Positions 37,288-47,138 of a DNA stretch of 64,000 nt are shown piece after piece (the first letter of the stretch is position 1; each line of letters opens with the position of its first letter). Both the position numbers and the translations under genes were made by a program. Source of the DNA: Vicinamibacteria bacterium (lineage in GTDB: Bacteria; Acidobacteriota; Vicinamibacteria; Marinacidobacterales; Marinacidobacteraceae). The notes beneath the pieces were generated by a model, which was not told the origin of the DNA, did no database searches, and worked only from the letters and a program-made list of their open reading frames with translations. The stretch spans positions 1,472,001 through 1,536,000 of the forward strand of contig OY821641.1 in assembly GCA_963555995.3 (NCBI GenBank), given 5' to 3'.

Positions 37288-38549
37288 CGGCGGGGATCAT
37301 GCCATCCGGCCCCGGCGTCGGGGAACCCGGGGAGCGGTTGCGCTTGGACGCTCGCGCCGGCGGGGACCGCCTCCGTGTCCTCGGGCACGATCACGAGGGC
37401 GTTGGCGAGCGCCACCGCGGCGATGTCGCCCGACCCCTGGGAGCGGATCGGCTGCGCCGCCAGGGTCCCGTCGTCCGAGACCCCCACCCGCGCGGGCAGG
37501 AAGGCGCGCCGCGGTCCGCGCGCCGTGACCGGGGCCAGGAGGCGCACCGAGGGGCGCGGCCGCCGCGGATCGGCGAGGCCCTGCATCGCGTCGAGCGCCG
37601 GACGGGCGAGGACCTCGAAGGTGGTGAGCGCCGAAACCGGATTGCCCGGCAGACCGAAGACGAGCACCGGACGGGCGTCCCCGGTGATCCCGAAGACGAA
37701 GGGTTTGCCGGGACGGATGGCGACCGCGGTCACCAGCAGCCGGACCCCGGCGCGCTCCAGCACCGGCTCGACGTAGTCATAGCGGCCCATGGACACGCCG
37801 CCGGTGATGAAGAGCACGTCGGAAGCGAGTCCGGATGCGGTGGCGGCGGCGAGCTGGCGGGGGTCATCGGCGGCGAACCCCAGGCGCCGGACCGGGAGCC
37901 CCAGGGCGCGGCAGCGGGCGGCGATCAGGTGACTGTTGGCGTCCCGGATCTGCGCGGGCCGCAGTCGGACCGTTCTCGGGTGCCGGAGTTCGTCGCCGGT
38001 GGAGAACACGGCGATCCGCGGCCGCCGGGCGACCTCCACCCGGACCTTGCCGACGGTGGCGAGGAGCCCGACGCCCGCCGGCGAGACCCGGACGCCGGCC
38101 TCCAGGAGCTTCGCGCCCCTCCGGACCTCGGCGCCGCGGGCGGTGACGCGGCTCCCCGGCTCGACCGGGGGCGGGGTCCTTCCCGGGGCCGGCCACTCGA
38201 CGAAGTCTCCGTCGCGAACGGTGTCCTCGACCATGATGGCGGCGTCGGCCCCCTCCGGCAGCGGGGCGCCCGTCATGACCGCCGCCGCCTCCCCCGGGCC
38301 CAGCCGGACCTCCGGCATCGTCCCCGCGGGGATCTGGGCGACCACCCGCAGCCGGCCGCCCTCCGAGAGGCAGGCGGCGCGGACGGCATAGCCGTCCACC
38401 GCCGAGCGGTGGAAGGGGGGCAGGTCCCGGTCCGCGAACACGTCCTCGCGGAGCACCCGGCCGCGGGCCCGCCCGAGCCCGACCGTCTCGGCCGGCAGGC
38501 GCGGAGTCCGCTCGAGGATCCGGCGGAGCGCCTCCTCGACCGGAATCAA
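37284..38549 (-). CDS. moeA: Molybdopterin molybdotransferase
   Basis: PPFHRSAVDGYAV, MTGAPLPEGAD, STGDEL, TGGVSMG, RPGKP, GLPGNPVS. TTG start inferred. Confidence 0.92.
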   Translation of the reverse strand: MIPVEEALRRILERTPRLPAETVGLGRARGRVLREDVFADRDLPPFHRSAVDGYAVRAACLSEGGRLRVVAQIPAGTMPEVRLGPGEAAAVMTGAPLPEGADAAIMVEDTVRDGDFVEWPAPGRTPPPVEPGSRVTARGAEVRRGAKLLEAGVRVSPAGVGLLATVGKVRVEVARRPRIAVFSTGDELRHPRTVRLRPAQIRDANSHLIAARCRALGLPVRRLGFAADDPRQLAAATASGLASDVLFITGGVSMGRYDYVEPVLERAGVRLLVTAVAIRPGKPFVFGITGDARPVLVFGLPGNPVSALTTFEVLARPALDAMQGLADPRRPRPSVRLLAPVTARGPRRAFLPARVGVSDDGTLAAQPIRSQGSGDIAAVALANALVIVPEDTEAVPAGASVQAQPLPGFPDAGAGWHDPRR

Positions 38550-38669
38550 GAACGCCTCGAGATCACGGAGTCGTGGGGTCCACGTACACACCCCGGCGGA
38601 GCGCCGGCGCCATCACGAGGGTCGGCGTTCCCGGCCGACGGCGCCATCTTGATGACCGGGAGGGCGTTG

Positions 38670-39017
38670 TCAGGCGTCGGTGGTGAAGCTGGCGACCGCC
38701 TGATCCTCGGTCTCGAACACCTCGAACAGCGGCAGCACCCGCGCGATGTTCATGACGTGGACGACGCGCTCCCGCGGATGGAGCGCCTTGAGGGCGCCGC
38801 CGGCGCGGGCGACGCGCCGCGCGGAGGCGACGAGTTCGCCGAGGCCCGCGCTGTCGATCGCGCTGACGCCGCTGAGGTCCACAACGATCCGGGTGCGGCC
38901 CGAATCGAGGAGCACGTCCACGGCCTCCCGCAGCTCCTGGTCACCGTGGCCGTCCACCAGGCGGCCGCTCAGTTGCAGGAGCGAGACGCCGGCGCGTTCC
39001 TTCAGGTCGAGTTGCAT
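38670..39017 (-). CDS. STAS-domain anti-sigma factor antagonist (RsbV/SpoIIAA-like)
   Basis: VVDLSGVSAIDSAGLGELV containing the phosphoacceptor Ser. Confidence 0.88.
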   Translation of the reverse strand: MQLDLKERAGVSLLQLSGRLVDGHGDQELREAVDVLLDSGRTRIVVDLSGVSAIDSAGLGELVASARRVARAGGALKALHPRERVVHVMNIARVLPLFEVFETEDQAVASFTTDA

Positions 39018-39036
39018 CAGCAGCCGGTGGCGGAAC

Positions 39037-40938
39037 TCATCCGATCAGGTCGTTGAGCGCCTGGCGATCAATGCGGACCTCGTAGCGCTCGCCCGCGGCC
39101 CCGACGAAGGCGGCCCACACCCGCTGTTTCTTCTCTTCGGCCATCTGGGCGCGGAAGGGTTCCTTCTGCTCTTCGAACGTCGTCTCGGCAAAACCCTCCT
39201 TCGCGTTGATCCGGACGACGGCGTAGCCGCGGTCCGCCGCGAGGGGGCCGACGACGTCGCCGACCTCGGCGTCGAAGACGGTCTCCTCGTGGTTGGGGAG
39301 CATCCCGGCGATCCCGAGCGGACTGCCGCGGAACCAGCGCTCCACCGGCGTCGGATCGGTCTCGGCGGTCCGGCCGCCGGCGACGAGCTCCCGAAGCGCC
39401 CGGCCGGCCTCCTCGACCAGCGACCGGGCCCGCTCTTCTTCCAGTTTGGCGGTCACCCGCTCGCGGATGTCCTCGAACTCGGGGACGTGGGGCGGCCGTT
39501 CCTCGAGGACTTCCACGAAGCCGTAGCCGGTCGGCAGCCGGACCGGGCCGCCCACCGCGCCGATCTCGAGGTCGAAGGCGAGCGTGGAGAGTTGCGCCGA
39601 ACCGGCCCCGGCCACCGGGTCCCCGGCGGCGAAGAAATCCGATTCCTGGGGAATCAGCAGCGGATGGTCGCGTGTCAGATCGTCCAGCGAATTGGCGCCG
39701 GCGACGAGCCCCTCGAGTTCGAGGGCCCGCTCGGTGAGGAGGTCGCCGGCCTTTTCCTGCCGCAGGCGGGTCTCGATCTCTCCCTCCACCTCGCTCAGCT
39801 CCCGGGTCTGTGCGGGTTGGCGGCTGTCGAGCCGCACCACGTGCCAGCCGTAGTCGGTGCGGACGGGATCGCTGATCTCGCCCGGCATCATGCCGAAGAC
39901 CGCTTCCGAGAACTCGGGCACCATTTCCTCCGGCCCGAAGACTCCGAGGGCGCCCCCCGCTTCGCGGGTCGCTTCATCGGCGGAATAGGTGCGGGCGAGC
40001 TCCGCGAAGTCCTCGCCGGTTCGCGCCCGGTCGGCGAGACGGGCCGCGAGGGTGCGGGTGGCGTCCTCATCGGCCTCCGTCTCGGCCTGCAGCAGGATGT
40101 GACTGGCTTCCGCCTGCTCCCCCGTCTGGTACTGGAACAGGTTGCGGTTGTAGTAGCGCTGGATCTCGCGCTGCCGGACCGAAACCTCCTCCGCGAGGAT
40201 CTGCTCGGAGAGCGTCAGGTAGCGGATGCGCCGCTGCTGCGGAACCTCGAACGCCGCCGGCTCGGCCTCGTAGCGCTCGCGCGCCTCCGCCTCCGTGACC
40301 TCCACGTCGCCGCGCCGGCTGTCCACGGTCAGGAACCAGACGTCGAGCGAGGCGTTCTCGTTGCGGCGCCGGTATTCCTCCCGGAGTTCCAGATCGGAGA
40401 CGTGCGGCGACTCGGTGATCAGCGCCCGGAGCTTCTCCGTCATCAGGTCGGACCGGATGGAATCCTCGAAATCGCGCGGGTTCAGCCGGGCGGCGCGCAG
40501 CATGCCGAGATAGGCGTCCCGGCCGATGAAGACGCCGTTCTCCTGGAAGGTGGGGGAGGTGGCGATGCTGCTGCCGACTTCGGCGTTCGTGACCTCGATG
40601 CCGAGCCGTTCCGCCTCCCGGACGAGCACCCGGCTGCGCACCAGTTCGCCCACGACCTGCTCCGGGATACCGAGCTGGCGCGCGAGGGCGGGCGAGAAGT
40701 CGCCGCCGCTCTGTTCCTGGTACACGCGCGCCACGTTCCGGTAGCGGTCCAGGAAGGTGGATGCCGAGATCGCCTCGCCGTCCACCCAGGCGACACCGCG
40801 GCGCATCGCGGCGGTGGCCGGATCTCCCATGAAATCCGGGAAATAGAGGGCGACGAACGCCAGGATGACCAGCCCGAGCAGGCCGGCGCCGAGGAACCAG
40901 CCGACCGATCGGCGGTTGCGGAAGTACTCGAGGATCAT
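39037..40938 (-). CDS. PpiD/SurA-type membrane-anchored peptidyl-prolyl isomerase/chaperone
   Basis: N-terminal TM, SurA-N-like region, parvulin motifs ASHILL, DFAELARTYSAD, GGALG, PVRTDYGWHVV. Confidence 0.85.
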   Translation of the reverse strand: MILEYFRNRRSVGWFLGAGLLGLVILAFVALYFPDFMGDPATAAMRRGVAWVDGEAISASTFLDRYRNVARVYQEQSGGDFSPALARQLGIPEQVVGELVRSRVLVREAERLGIEVTNAEVGSSIATSPTFQENGVFIGRDAYLGMLRAARLNPRDFEDSIRSDLMTEKLRALITESPHVSDLELREEYRRRNENASLDVWFLTVDSRRGDVEVTEAEARERYEAEPAAFEVPQQRRIRYLTLSEQILAEEVSVRQREIQRYYNRNLFQYQTGEQAEASHILLQAETEADEDATRTLAARLADRARTGEDFAELARTYSADEATREAGGALGVFGPEEMVPEFSEAVFGMMPGEISDPVRTDYGWHVVRLDSRQPAQTRELSEVEGEIETRLRQEKAGDLLTERALELEGLVAGANSLDDLTRDHPLLIPQESDFFAAGDPVAGAGSAQLSTLAFDLEIGAVGGPVRLPTGYGFVEVLEERPPHVPEFEDIRERVTAKLEEERARSLVEEAGRALRELVAGGRTAETDPTPVERWFRGSPLGIAGMLPNHEETVFDAEVGDVVGPLAADRGYAVVRINAKEGFAETTFEEQKEPFRAQMAEEKKQRVWAAFVGAAGERYEVRIDRQALNDLIG

Positions 40939-41120
40939 GGCAACCCGCCATGGTACCGCCGCGGACGGCCGGCCGGCAAACCCGGACGGGGAAACGCGGG
41001 TCTCAGAATGTCACGACCGCGGCTTCGCTGGTAATCTCTAGGATCGCGCGGCTCCCGCCGCTTTCCCCGTCCCGGCCTTCCTGAAATGCTCGACACCGTG
41101 CCGCTACCCGGCTCCGCCTG

Positions 41121-42149
41121 ATGCTCAAATACCTACTCAGTCTCTTCTCCGTTGATCTCGCGGTGGATCTGGGGACCGCCAACACCCTCATCTATACCCA
41201 GGAGTCGGGGATCATCCTCCGCGAGCCGTCCGTGGTCGCCATGAACACGTTCACGAGACGGGTGGAAGCGGTCGGGGCGGAGGCGTACGACATGGTCGGC
41301 AAGACCCCCGACCACATCAAGGCGATCCGGCCGATGCAGGACGGGGTGATCGCGGACTTCGAGGCGGCGGAGCGGATGATCAGCCACTTCGTCCAGAAGG
41401 CGCTGGGCCGGCGGCGCTGGGCGGCGCCCCGGATGGTGGTCGGCGTGCCGCTCCGGATCACCCCGGTGGAGCGGCGCGCGGTGCGCGACAGCGTGCTCCG
41501 GGCGCGGGCCAGCGAGGTGTTCCTGGTCCAGCAGCCGGTCGCGGCCGCCATCGGCGCGGGACTCGACGTCACGACGCCGGTCGGCTGCTGCGTGGTGGAC
41601 ATCGGCGGGGGCACCACCGACATCGCGGTCATCTCGCTCTCGGGCATCGCGGCCGGCACCTCGGTGCGCGCCGCGGGCGACATGTTCACCCAGGGGATCA
41701 TCGAACACCTGCGGCGCGCCCACGGACTGCTCGTCGGCGAGCGGACGGGCGAGCGGATCAAGATGGCGCTCGGCAGCGCCCGTCCGGGACCGGAGGCGCG
41801 GAGCATGGAAATCCGCGGACGGGACCTCTCGCGGCTGTCCCCGGCCACCCTGACCGTGACCGATCAGGACATCCGGGAGGGTCTGAGCGGTCCGCTGCAT
41901 CAGCTTCTCACCGCGGTGGCGAGCGTGCTCGAGAAAGTGGAACCCGAGCTCTCCGCCGACCTGGTGGAGAACGGCATTCTGCTGACGGGAGGGGGCGCGC
42001 TCCTCGAGGGGTTGCCGGAGCTGCTGTCCGACGAGACGAACCTGGGGGTCAAGGTGGCCGAGCACCCGCTCGACTGCGTGGTGAACGGCGCCGGCGTCAT
42101 GCTGGAACGCCTCGACCTCCTCCAGCAGGTTTCACGGCTCGACGCGTGA
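41121..42149 (+). CDS. mreB: Rod shape-determining actin homologue MreB
   Basis: DLGTANT, IRPMQDGVIADF, DIGGGTTD, LTGGGALL. Confidence 0.95.
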   Translation: MLKYLLSLFSVDLAVDLGTANTLIYTQESGIILREPSVVAMNTFTRRVEAVGAEAYDMVGKTPDHIKAIRPMQDGVIADFEAAERMISHFVQKALGRRRWAAPRMVVGVPLRITPVERRAVRDSVLRARASEVFLVQQPVAAAIGAGLDVTTPVGCCVVDIGGGTTDIAVISLSGIAAGTSVRAAGDMFTQGIIEHLRRAHGLLVGERTGERIKMALGSARPGPEARSMEIRGRDLSRLSPATLTVTDQDIREGLSGPLHQLLTAVASVLEKVEPELSADLVENGILLTGGGALLEGLPELLSDETNLGVKVAEHPLDCVVNGAGVMLERLDLLQQVSRLDA

Positions 42150-42166
42150 ACGGCGGGGTAACCTAG

Positions 42167-42336
42167 TGCGGTGTCCCACAAGTCCTGCGGTATTCGAGCG
42201 GCGATGCATCCCGCCTGAACGCTTCGCCCGGCGTTCCGAATCCATCGGAATACACCCGGTATTCCTCCGGATTCGCGCCTTGTCAGGCGGGCGCCTCGCC
42301 GCTCTCGGTAACTCACCGGATTTGCGGGACACCACA
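42167..42336. mobile_element. Family B MITE-like element, variant termini
   Basis: Shares the core (gatgcatcccgcctgaac, ggaatacacccggtattcc, cgccttgtcag) with the 179-bp copies but is bounded by tgcggtgtcccacaagtcc / ggatttgcgggacaccaca. Left flank is CTAG. Confidence 0.7.
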
Positions 42337-42392
42337 CGGGTGCGAAACACGCGATCACGAGGATCGGCCTGAGGAGAGGCAGCAATCAACCA

Positions 42393-43238
42393 GTGCCCGG
42401 GAAACGCGGCCACGGAATCCTCCTGGGGATCGTCTTGGCCGCGAACTTCCTGGGACTGACCTTCCAGGTGCGGAGCGGGATCAACTTCCCGATTCGGGAC
42501 GGGCTGGCCGCGGTGTTCGGCGGGGGCCAGAGTCTGGTGGCGGGCTCCGCCCGCGCGGTCTGGTCGTGGGCGGAGACCGTGGGGGAAGCGCACGAGATGC
42601 GGCTCGCGCGCGACGAGTTGCGCGACCGGGTGGCCCGGCTGGAGTGGGAACTGACCGTCCAGCGGGGGATGCTCGAGCGGGCACGCGGGTTCACGAGCCT
42701 CGATGCGGCGGCGATGGACCTCGGCGAGCCGGTTTCCGGCGAGATCGTGGGCGTCAGCGCATCCCCGCTGGATCGCACCGTCACCGTGAACCGGGGCGCC
42801 CGGCACGGCATCGAGCGGGATGCCCCGGTGATGGCGGCCAGCGGGCTCCTGGGGCGGATCGTGGCGGTCGGGCCGGGAGTCAGCCAGGTCGAGCTGCTGT
42901 CGGCCTCCACCGCGGCCGTCGCCGTCATCACCTCCTCCAGTCGAACCCGCGGAGTGGTCCGGGCCGCCGCGGAGGGCGGCGCGAGCGGCTACCGGCTTCA
43001 TTTCGTGCCGGTGGGGCAGCGGATCGCCATCGGAGAAGAGGTGATTTCGAGCGGGCTCGATCGGCTGTATCCGAAGGGGCTCCTGGTCGGGCGCGTGTCC
43101 GCCATCCACGAGGGCGCCGGCCTGCTCCTCGAAATCGCCGTCGAGCCGGCGGTGGACTTCGACACCCTGGAACGGGTCTTCGTGCTGCCGCGCCGGGACG
43201 ACTTCGGACCGGCGCCGGAGCCTGATGCGGCGCCATGA
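42393..43238 (+). CDS. mreC: Rod shape-determining protein MreC
   Basis: TM plus coiled coil, VNRGARHGI, GLLGRI, SSGLDRLYPKGLLVGRV; operon position. Confidence 0.9.
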   Translation: MPGKRGHGILLGIVLAANFLGLTFQVRSGINFPIRDGLAAVFGGGQSLVAGSARAVWSWAETVGEAHEMRLARDELRDRVARLEWELTVQRGMLERARGFTSLDAAAMDLGEPVSGEIVGVSASPLDRTVTVNRGARHGIERDAPVMAASGLLGRIVAVGPGVSQVELLSASTAAVAVITSSSRTRGVVRAAAEGGASGYRLHFVPVGQRIAIGEEVISSGLDRLYPKGLLVGRVSAIHEGAGLLLEIAVEPAVDFDTLERVFVLPRRDDFGPAPEPDAAP

Positions 43239-43711
43239 GCTATGCGCGGGCCGCCCTCGCGGTGGTTGCCGCCTTCCTCCTCCAGACCGCGATCCTGCCG
43301 CTCACCGTGGGCGAAGGGGTAACGCCGGATTTTCTGCTCGCCACCGCCGCGGCGGCGGGGCTGCTCGGGGGGCCGGGTCCGGCCATCGGATTCGGTCTGG
43401 TGACGGGGCTCGTGCAGGATTCCTTCTCCGGCGGCCTGCTGGGGATGAACGGTTTCTCGAAACCCCTGGTCGTCTTCCTGGCGGCGCGCGGACGGGGGCG
43501 CCCCCCGCTGGACACCCGGGCGGGGATCCCGCTGCTGCTCCTGTTCGCGGCCGCCGCCGATCTGGCGATTCTCTGGGCGCTCGGCGAAGTTGCCGGTTTC
43601 ACCGCGATTCCCGCCCGGGAACTGGGCGCGGCTGCATTCGGCATCCCGATCACCGTGATCTACGGGCTGCTGGTGGTGCGGTTCCTCCGACCCCGGCCGG
43701 GCGGGTACTAG
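43235..43711 (+). CDS. mreD: Rod shape-determining protein MreD
   Basis: Hydrophobic 158 aa, PDFLL, GLVQDSFSGGLLG; lies between mreC and mrdA. Confidence 0.85.
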   Translation: MSYARAALAVVAAFLLQTAILPLTVGEGVTPDFLLATAAAAGLLGGPGPAIGFGLVTGLVQDSFSGGLLGMNGFSKPLVVFLAARGRGRPPLDTRAGIPLLLLFAAAADLAILWALGEVAGFTAIPARELGAAAFGIPITVIYGLLVVRFLRPRPGGY

Positions 43712-43890
43712 CAGCCTGTGGACAAAGTCACGCGGCATTCGAACGCCGATGCATCCCGCCTGAACCGCGCCTCTACGAGGCGCTCTGCGTTGCGTTTCGG
43801 TCGGAATACACTCGGTATTCCTCCCTCACGCGCCTTGTCAGCCGGGCGCCTCGGCGTTCTCGGTGCTCACGTCACTTTGTCCACAGGCTG
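43712..43890. mobile_element. Family B MITE-like element (179 bp)
   Basis: Perfect 17-bp TIR cagcctgtggacaaagt/actttgtccacaggctg. CTAG on both sides; the left copy contains the mreD TAG. Confidence 0.85.
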
Positions 43891-43922
43891 CTAGGCGCCG
43901 TGAGGCTCGTGGAGGGCGCATC

Positions 43923-45698
43923 GTGATCCACGCCGAGTACCTCTCCCGCATCCGCCGCCGGCTGACGCTGGCGCGCTACCCGCTCTGGGCGTTCGTCATC
44001 CTGTTGGCCGTCCGCTTCTGGCAGCTCCAGATCGTCCGGGGCGAGGAGTTCAGCAGCCTGGCCCGCGACAACTATCTCCAGACCGAACGTCACCGCGCCC
44101 CCCGGGGACTCGTGGTGGACCGGGGCGGGCAGGTCCTCGCCCGGAGCGAGCCGTCGTTCACGCTGCTTGCCGACGAGGCCGGACTTCGCCGGCTCGAGGA
44201 CCTGGGGCTCCTCACGGTGGAGGAAGAGGACCGCGCTGGCCTCGAGGCGCGGGCGGCGCGCGGCCCGGCGGTGGTGCGTTCCGGGATTCCGTTCGCCGAG
44301 GCGGCGTTCTTCGAGGCCCGCCGGCGGGAACTCCCGGGCGTCCGGGTGGAGTTCGTCCCGGCGCGGGACTATCCGCTCGGTCAGGCGACCGCGCACCTCC
44401 TCGGGTACGTCGGTGAGGTCACGGCGGCGCAGTTGCTGCTCGAGGAGTTCGTCACGGCGGCCTCGGGAGACCTGGTCGGGCAGGACGGGATTGAACGGGT
44501 CTACAACCGGACCCTGGTCGGTTCCGACGGGTACCTGGACCGCGTCGTGGACAGCCGCCAGCGCGTCCTGGCGTCCGGCGGGCTGCGCCGGACGGAACCG
44601 GTACGTGGCGATACGCTCCAGCTCAGCGTCGTCAGCGCCCTCCAGGAAGCGGCCCACCGCGCGTTCGGCGATGAGCGCGGGGCCTTCGTGGCTCTCGACG
44701 TGCGGACCGGCGAGGTGCTCGGCCTGGGCAGCTTTCCGGCGGAGAATCCGGAGGAGTTCCGCGGCGACGCCGGAAAGTTCCGGGAGATGCTTGCCGACTC
44801 GGCGACCCCCCTGCTCAACCGGGCGGTGCAGGGCCGCTACCCGCCCGGTTCGTCGTTCAAGCTGGTGACCGCCGCCGCGGGGCTGGCCGAGGGCGTGGTG
44901 GATTCCGAGACCCGTTACACCTGCAACGGCCGCGCCCGGGTGGCCGGCCGGACCTTCCGGTGTCACCGCGCGCAGGGTCACGGTCCCCTGACGCTTCGGG
45001 AAGCGATCTCGAAGTCGTGCAACGTGTTCTTCTACCGGCTGTCGGAAGCCCTCGACGTGGACGTCATCGCTTCCTACGCGCGGGCCTTCGGCCTCGGCGC
45101 GCCGACCGGCGTGGATCTCCGGAACGAATCGAGCGGCCTCGTTCCGACTCGGGAATGGAAGCGCCGGGTCACGGGAGAGCGTTGGTACGCGAGCGAGACG
45201 GCCTCGGTGTCGGTCGGCCAGGGAGCCGTCTCGGTGACCCCGATCCAGATGGCCCGGTTGGCGGCGGCGGTCGCTTCGGGGGGGAACCTCCCGACGCCGA
45301 GGCTGGTGGGAACCGAACCCGTGGGCGTGGTGGGAGGCGTCATGCCCGAACACTTCGAACTGATCCGCGACGGCATGCGGGACGCGGTGGTTTCGGGGAC
45401 GGCGTGGCGGGCCCGGATGCCGCTCCGGGAGGTCGCGGGAAAGACGGGAACCGCCCAGGTTGCGAGCGCGGACGTGGTGGCCGCCGACAACGAGGACCGC
45501 CCCTACGAGTTGCGCACCCACGCCTGGTTCGTGGGGTTCGCGCCGTTCGACGAACCGGAGATCGCGGTCGCCGTGGTGGTGGAACACGGGGGGGCCGGAG
45601 GCGCCGCGGCGGCGCCGATCGGAGGCGAGATTCTGCGGACCTTCTTCGAGGGTTCGCCGGAGACCCGGGTGACCGGCGGGGGAGGGGCGGACCGGTGA
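43923..45698 (+). CDS. mrdA: Penicillin-binding protein 2
   Basis: APRG, SxxK (GSSFK), SCN, KTGTAQ, HAWFVGFAP. Confidence 0.92.
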   Translation: MIHAEYLSRIRRRLTLARYPLWAFVILLAVRFWQLQIVRGEEFSSLARDNYLQTERHRAPRGLVVDRGGQVLARSEPSFTLLADEAGLRRLEDLGLLTVEEEDRAGLEARAARGPAVVRSGIPFAEAAFFEARRRELPGVRVEFVPARDYPLGQATAHLLGYVGEVTAAQLLLEEFVTAASGDLVGQDGIERVYNRTLVGSDGYLDRVVDSRQRVLASGGLRRTEPVRGDTLQLSVVSALQEAAHRAFGDERGAFVALDVRTGEVLGLGSFPAENPEEFRGDAGKFREMLADSATPLLNRAVQGRYPPGSSFKLVTAAAGLAEGVVDSETRYTCNGRARVAGRTFRCHRAQGHGPLTLREAISKSCNVFFYRLSEALDVDVIASYARAFGLGAPTGVDLRNESSGLVPTREWKRRVTGERWYASETASVSVGQGAVSVTPIQMARLAAAVASGGNLPTPRLVGTEPVGVVGGVMPEHFELIRDGMRDAVVSGTAWRARMPLREVAGKTGTAQVASADVVAADNEDRPYELRTHAWFVGFAPFDEPEIAVAVVVEHGGAGGAAAAPIGGEILRTFFEGSPETRVTGGGGADR

Positions 45699-45726
45699 GG
45701 CATTCCGGTCCGGAGAGGCGCGCACC

Positions 45727-46830
45727 ATGGAACTGAGAGCCCGCGAGGGGGTGGACCGGGTGCTGCTGGTCTCCGTCGGGCTCCTGGCCCTGATCGCGGT
45801 GCTGCTCCTGGAGAGCGCCCTGCGGGGTGTTGATTCGGGAGCCAGCCTCAATGCGCACGTCATCCGGCTCGGGCTGGCGCTCGGGGTCGGAGTGGTCGCG
45901 TACCGCATGGATCACCTCCGGCTGGCCCGCCTGTCCCCGGCGCTGTTCCTGGTGGCGCTCAGCCTCAGCGCGATCGCGACCACGTCCGGCGCCCTCCGGG
46001 CGGGAACCCGCCGGTGGCTCGAGCTGGGGACCCTGACGATCCAGCCCGGCGAGTTGGCGAAGATCGCCGTGGTGCTCCTGGTGGCCCACCTGATCGCCCG
46101 CTCCCTGCACGAGCCGCTGAGCCGCCGCGCCACCGTCGCCTGGGGCGCGGCGGGCTCCGCCCTCGCGCTGGCGGTGGCGGCGCAGCCCGATCTCGGGAGC
46201 GCCGCGATCCTGGTCGGCATCGCGGCCGGGATGCTGTTCTTCGGCGGGGTATCCATCGCCCGCAAATGGATGCTGGCCGCCAGCGGCGCCGTCGTCCTGG
46301 CCCTGCCGCTGATCTGGGCGTTCGGCCTCCGCGACTACCAGCGGGTGCGGATCCTCTCCTTCCTCAACCCCGAGAGCGATCCGTTGGGGGCGGGGTACCA
46401 GACCCTGCAGGCTTCCATCGCGGTCGGCTCGGGAGGTCTCTTCGGTACCGGTTGGCTTCAGGGGCCGCAGACCAGCCTCCAGTTTCTTCCGGCTCCGCAC
46501 ACCGACTTCGTGTTCGCGGTGCTGGCCGAGGAGTTCGGTTTCCTGGGCGTGGTCACCGTTCTCGCGCTCTACCTGATCCTCGGCCTGCGTCTCCTGCAGA
46601 TCGCGGTGGCGGCGGTCGAGAACAAGGATCCCACCGGCGCCTTCATGGTGGGCGGCTTCTTTCTCATGCTCTATCTCCAGGCGCTCTACAACATCGCGAT
46701 GGTGGCGGGGATCGTCCCCATCAAGGGGTTCCCCCTGCCTTTCATGAGCTACGGAGGCAACTCGCTGCTGATCTCGGCGGCGGCCATCGGTTTCGCCGCG
46801 TCGGTGCGCCGCCGCAACTTCCTCACTTAA
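45727..46830 (+). CDS. rodA: SEDS peptidoglycan polymerase RodA
   Basis: IQPGELAK, QPDLG, GSGGLFG, PAPHTDFVF, PFMSYGG. Confidence 0.92.
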   Translation: MELRAREGVDRVLLVSVGLLALIAVLLLESALRGVDSGASLNAHVIRLGLALGVGVVAYRMDHLRLARLSPALFLVALSLSAIATTSGALRAGTRRWLELGTLTIQPGELAKIAVVLLVAHLIARSLHEPLSRRATVAWGAAGSALALAVAAQPDLGSAAILVGIAAGMLFFGGVSIARKWMLAASGAVVLALPLIWAFGLRDYQRVRILSFLNPESDPLGAGYQTLQASIAVGSGGLFGTGWLQGPQTSLQFLPAPHTDFVFAVLAEEFGFLGVVTVLALYLILGLRLLQIAVAAVENKDPTGAFMVGGFFLMLYLQALYNIAMVAGIVPIKGFPLPFMSYGGNSLLISAAAIGFAASVRRRNFLT

Positions 46831-47009
46831 CAGCCTGTGGCAAAACCCACGCGGCGTTCGACGGGCGATGCATCCCGGCTGAACCGCGCCTCTACGAGGC
46901 GCTCATCGTTGCGTTTCGGTCGGAATACACCCGGTATTCCTCCCTCACGCGCCTTGTCAGCCGGGCGCCTCGCCCGTCTCGGCGCTCACGTGGGTTTCAC
47001 CACAGACTG
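46831..47009. mobile_element. Family B MITE-like element (179 bp)
   Basis: TIR cagcctgtggcaaaacccac / gtgggtttcaccacagactg. TTAA on both sides; the left copy contains the rodA TAA. Confidence 0.85.
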
Positions 47010-47138
47010 TTAAGCTGCCGGCGTTTCGCGGCCCCTACGGGCCGCAATGCCGGCCGGAGGCTGGCGCTCCGAGCGGGGACCCGCCTCCTTCCGTGCTACG
47101 GTTTCGGCGAACTTCCCGCCGCCCATTCCTGTAGTTCC

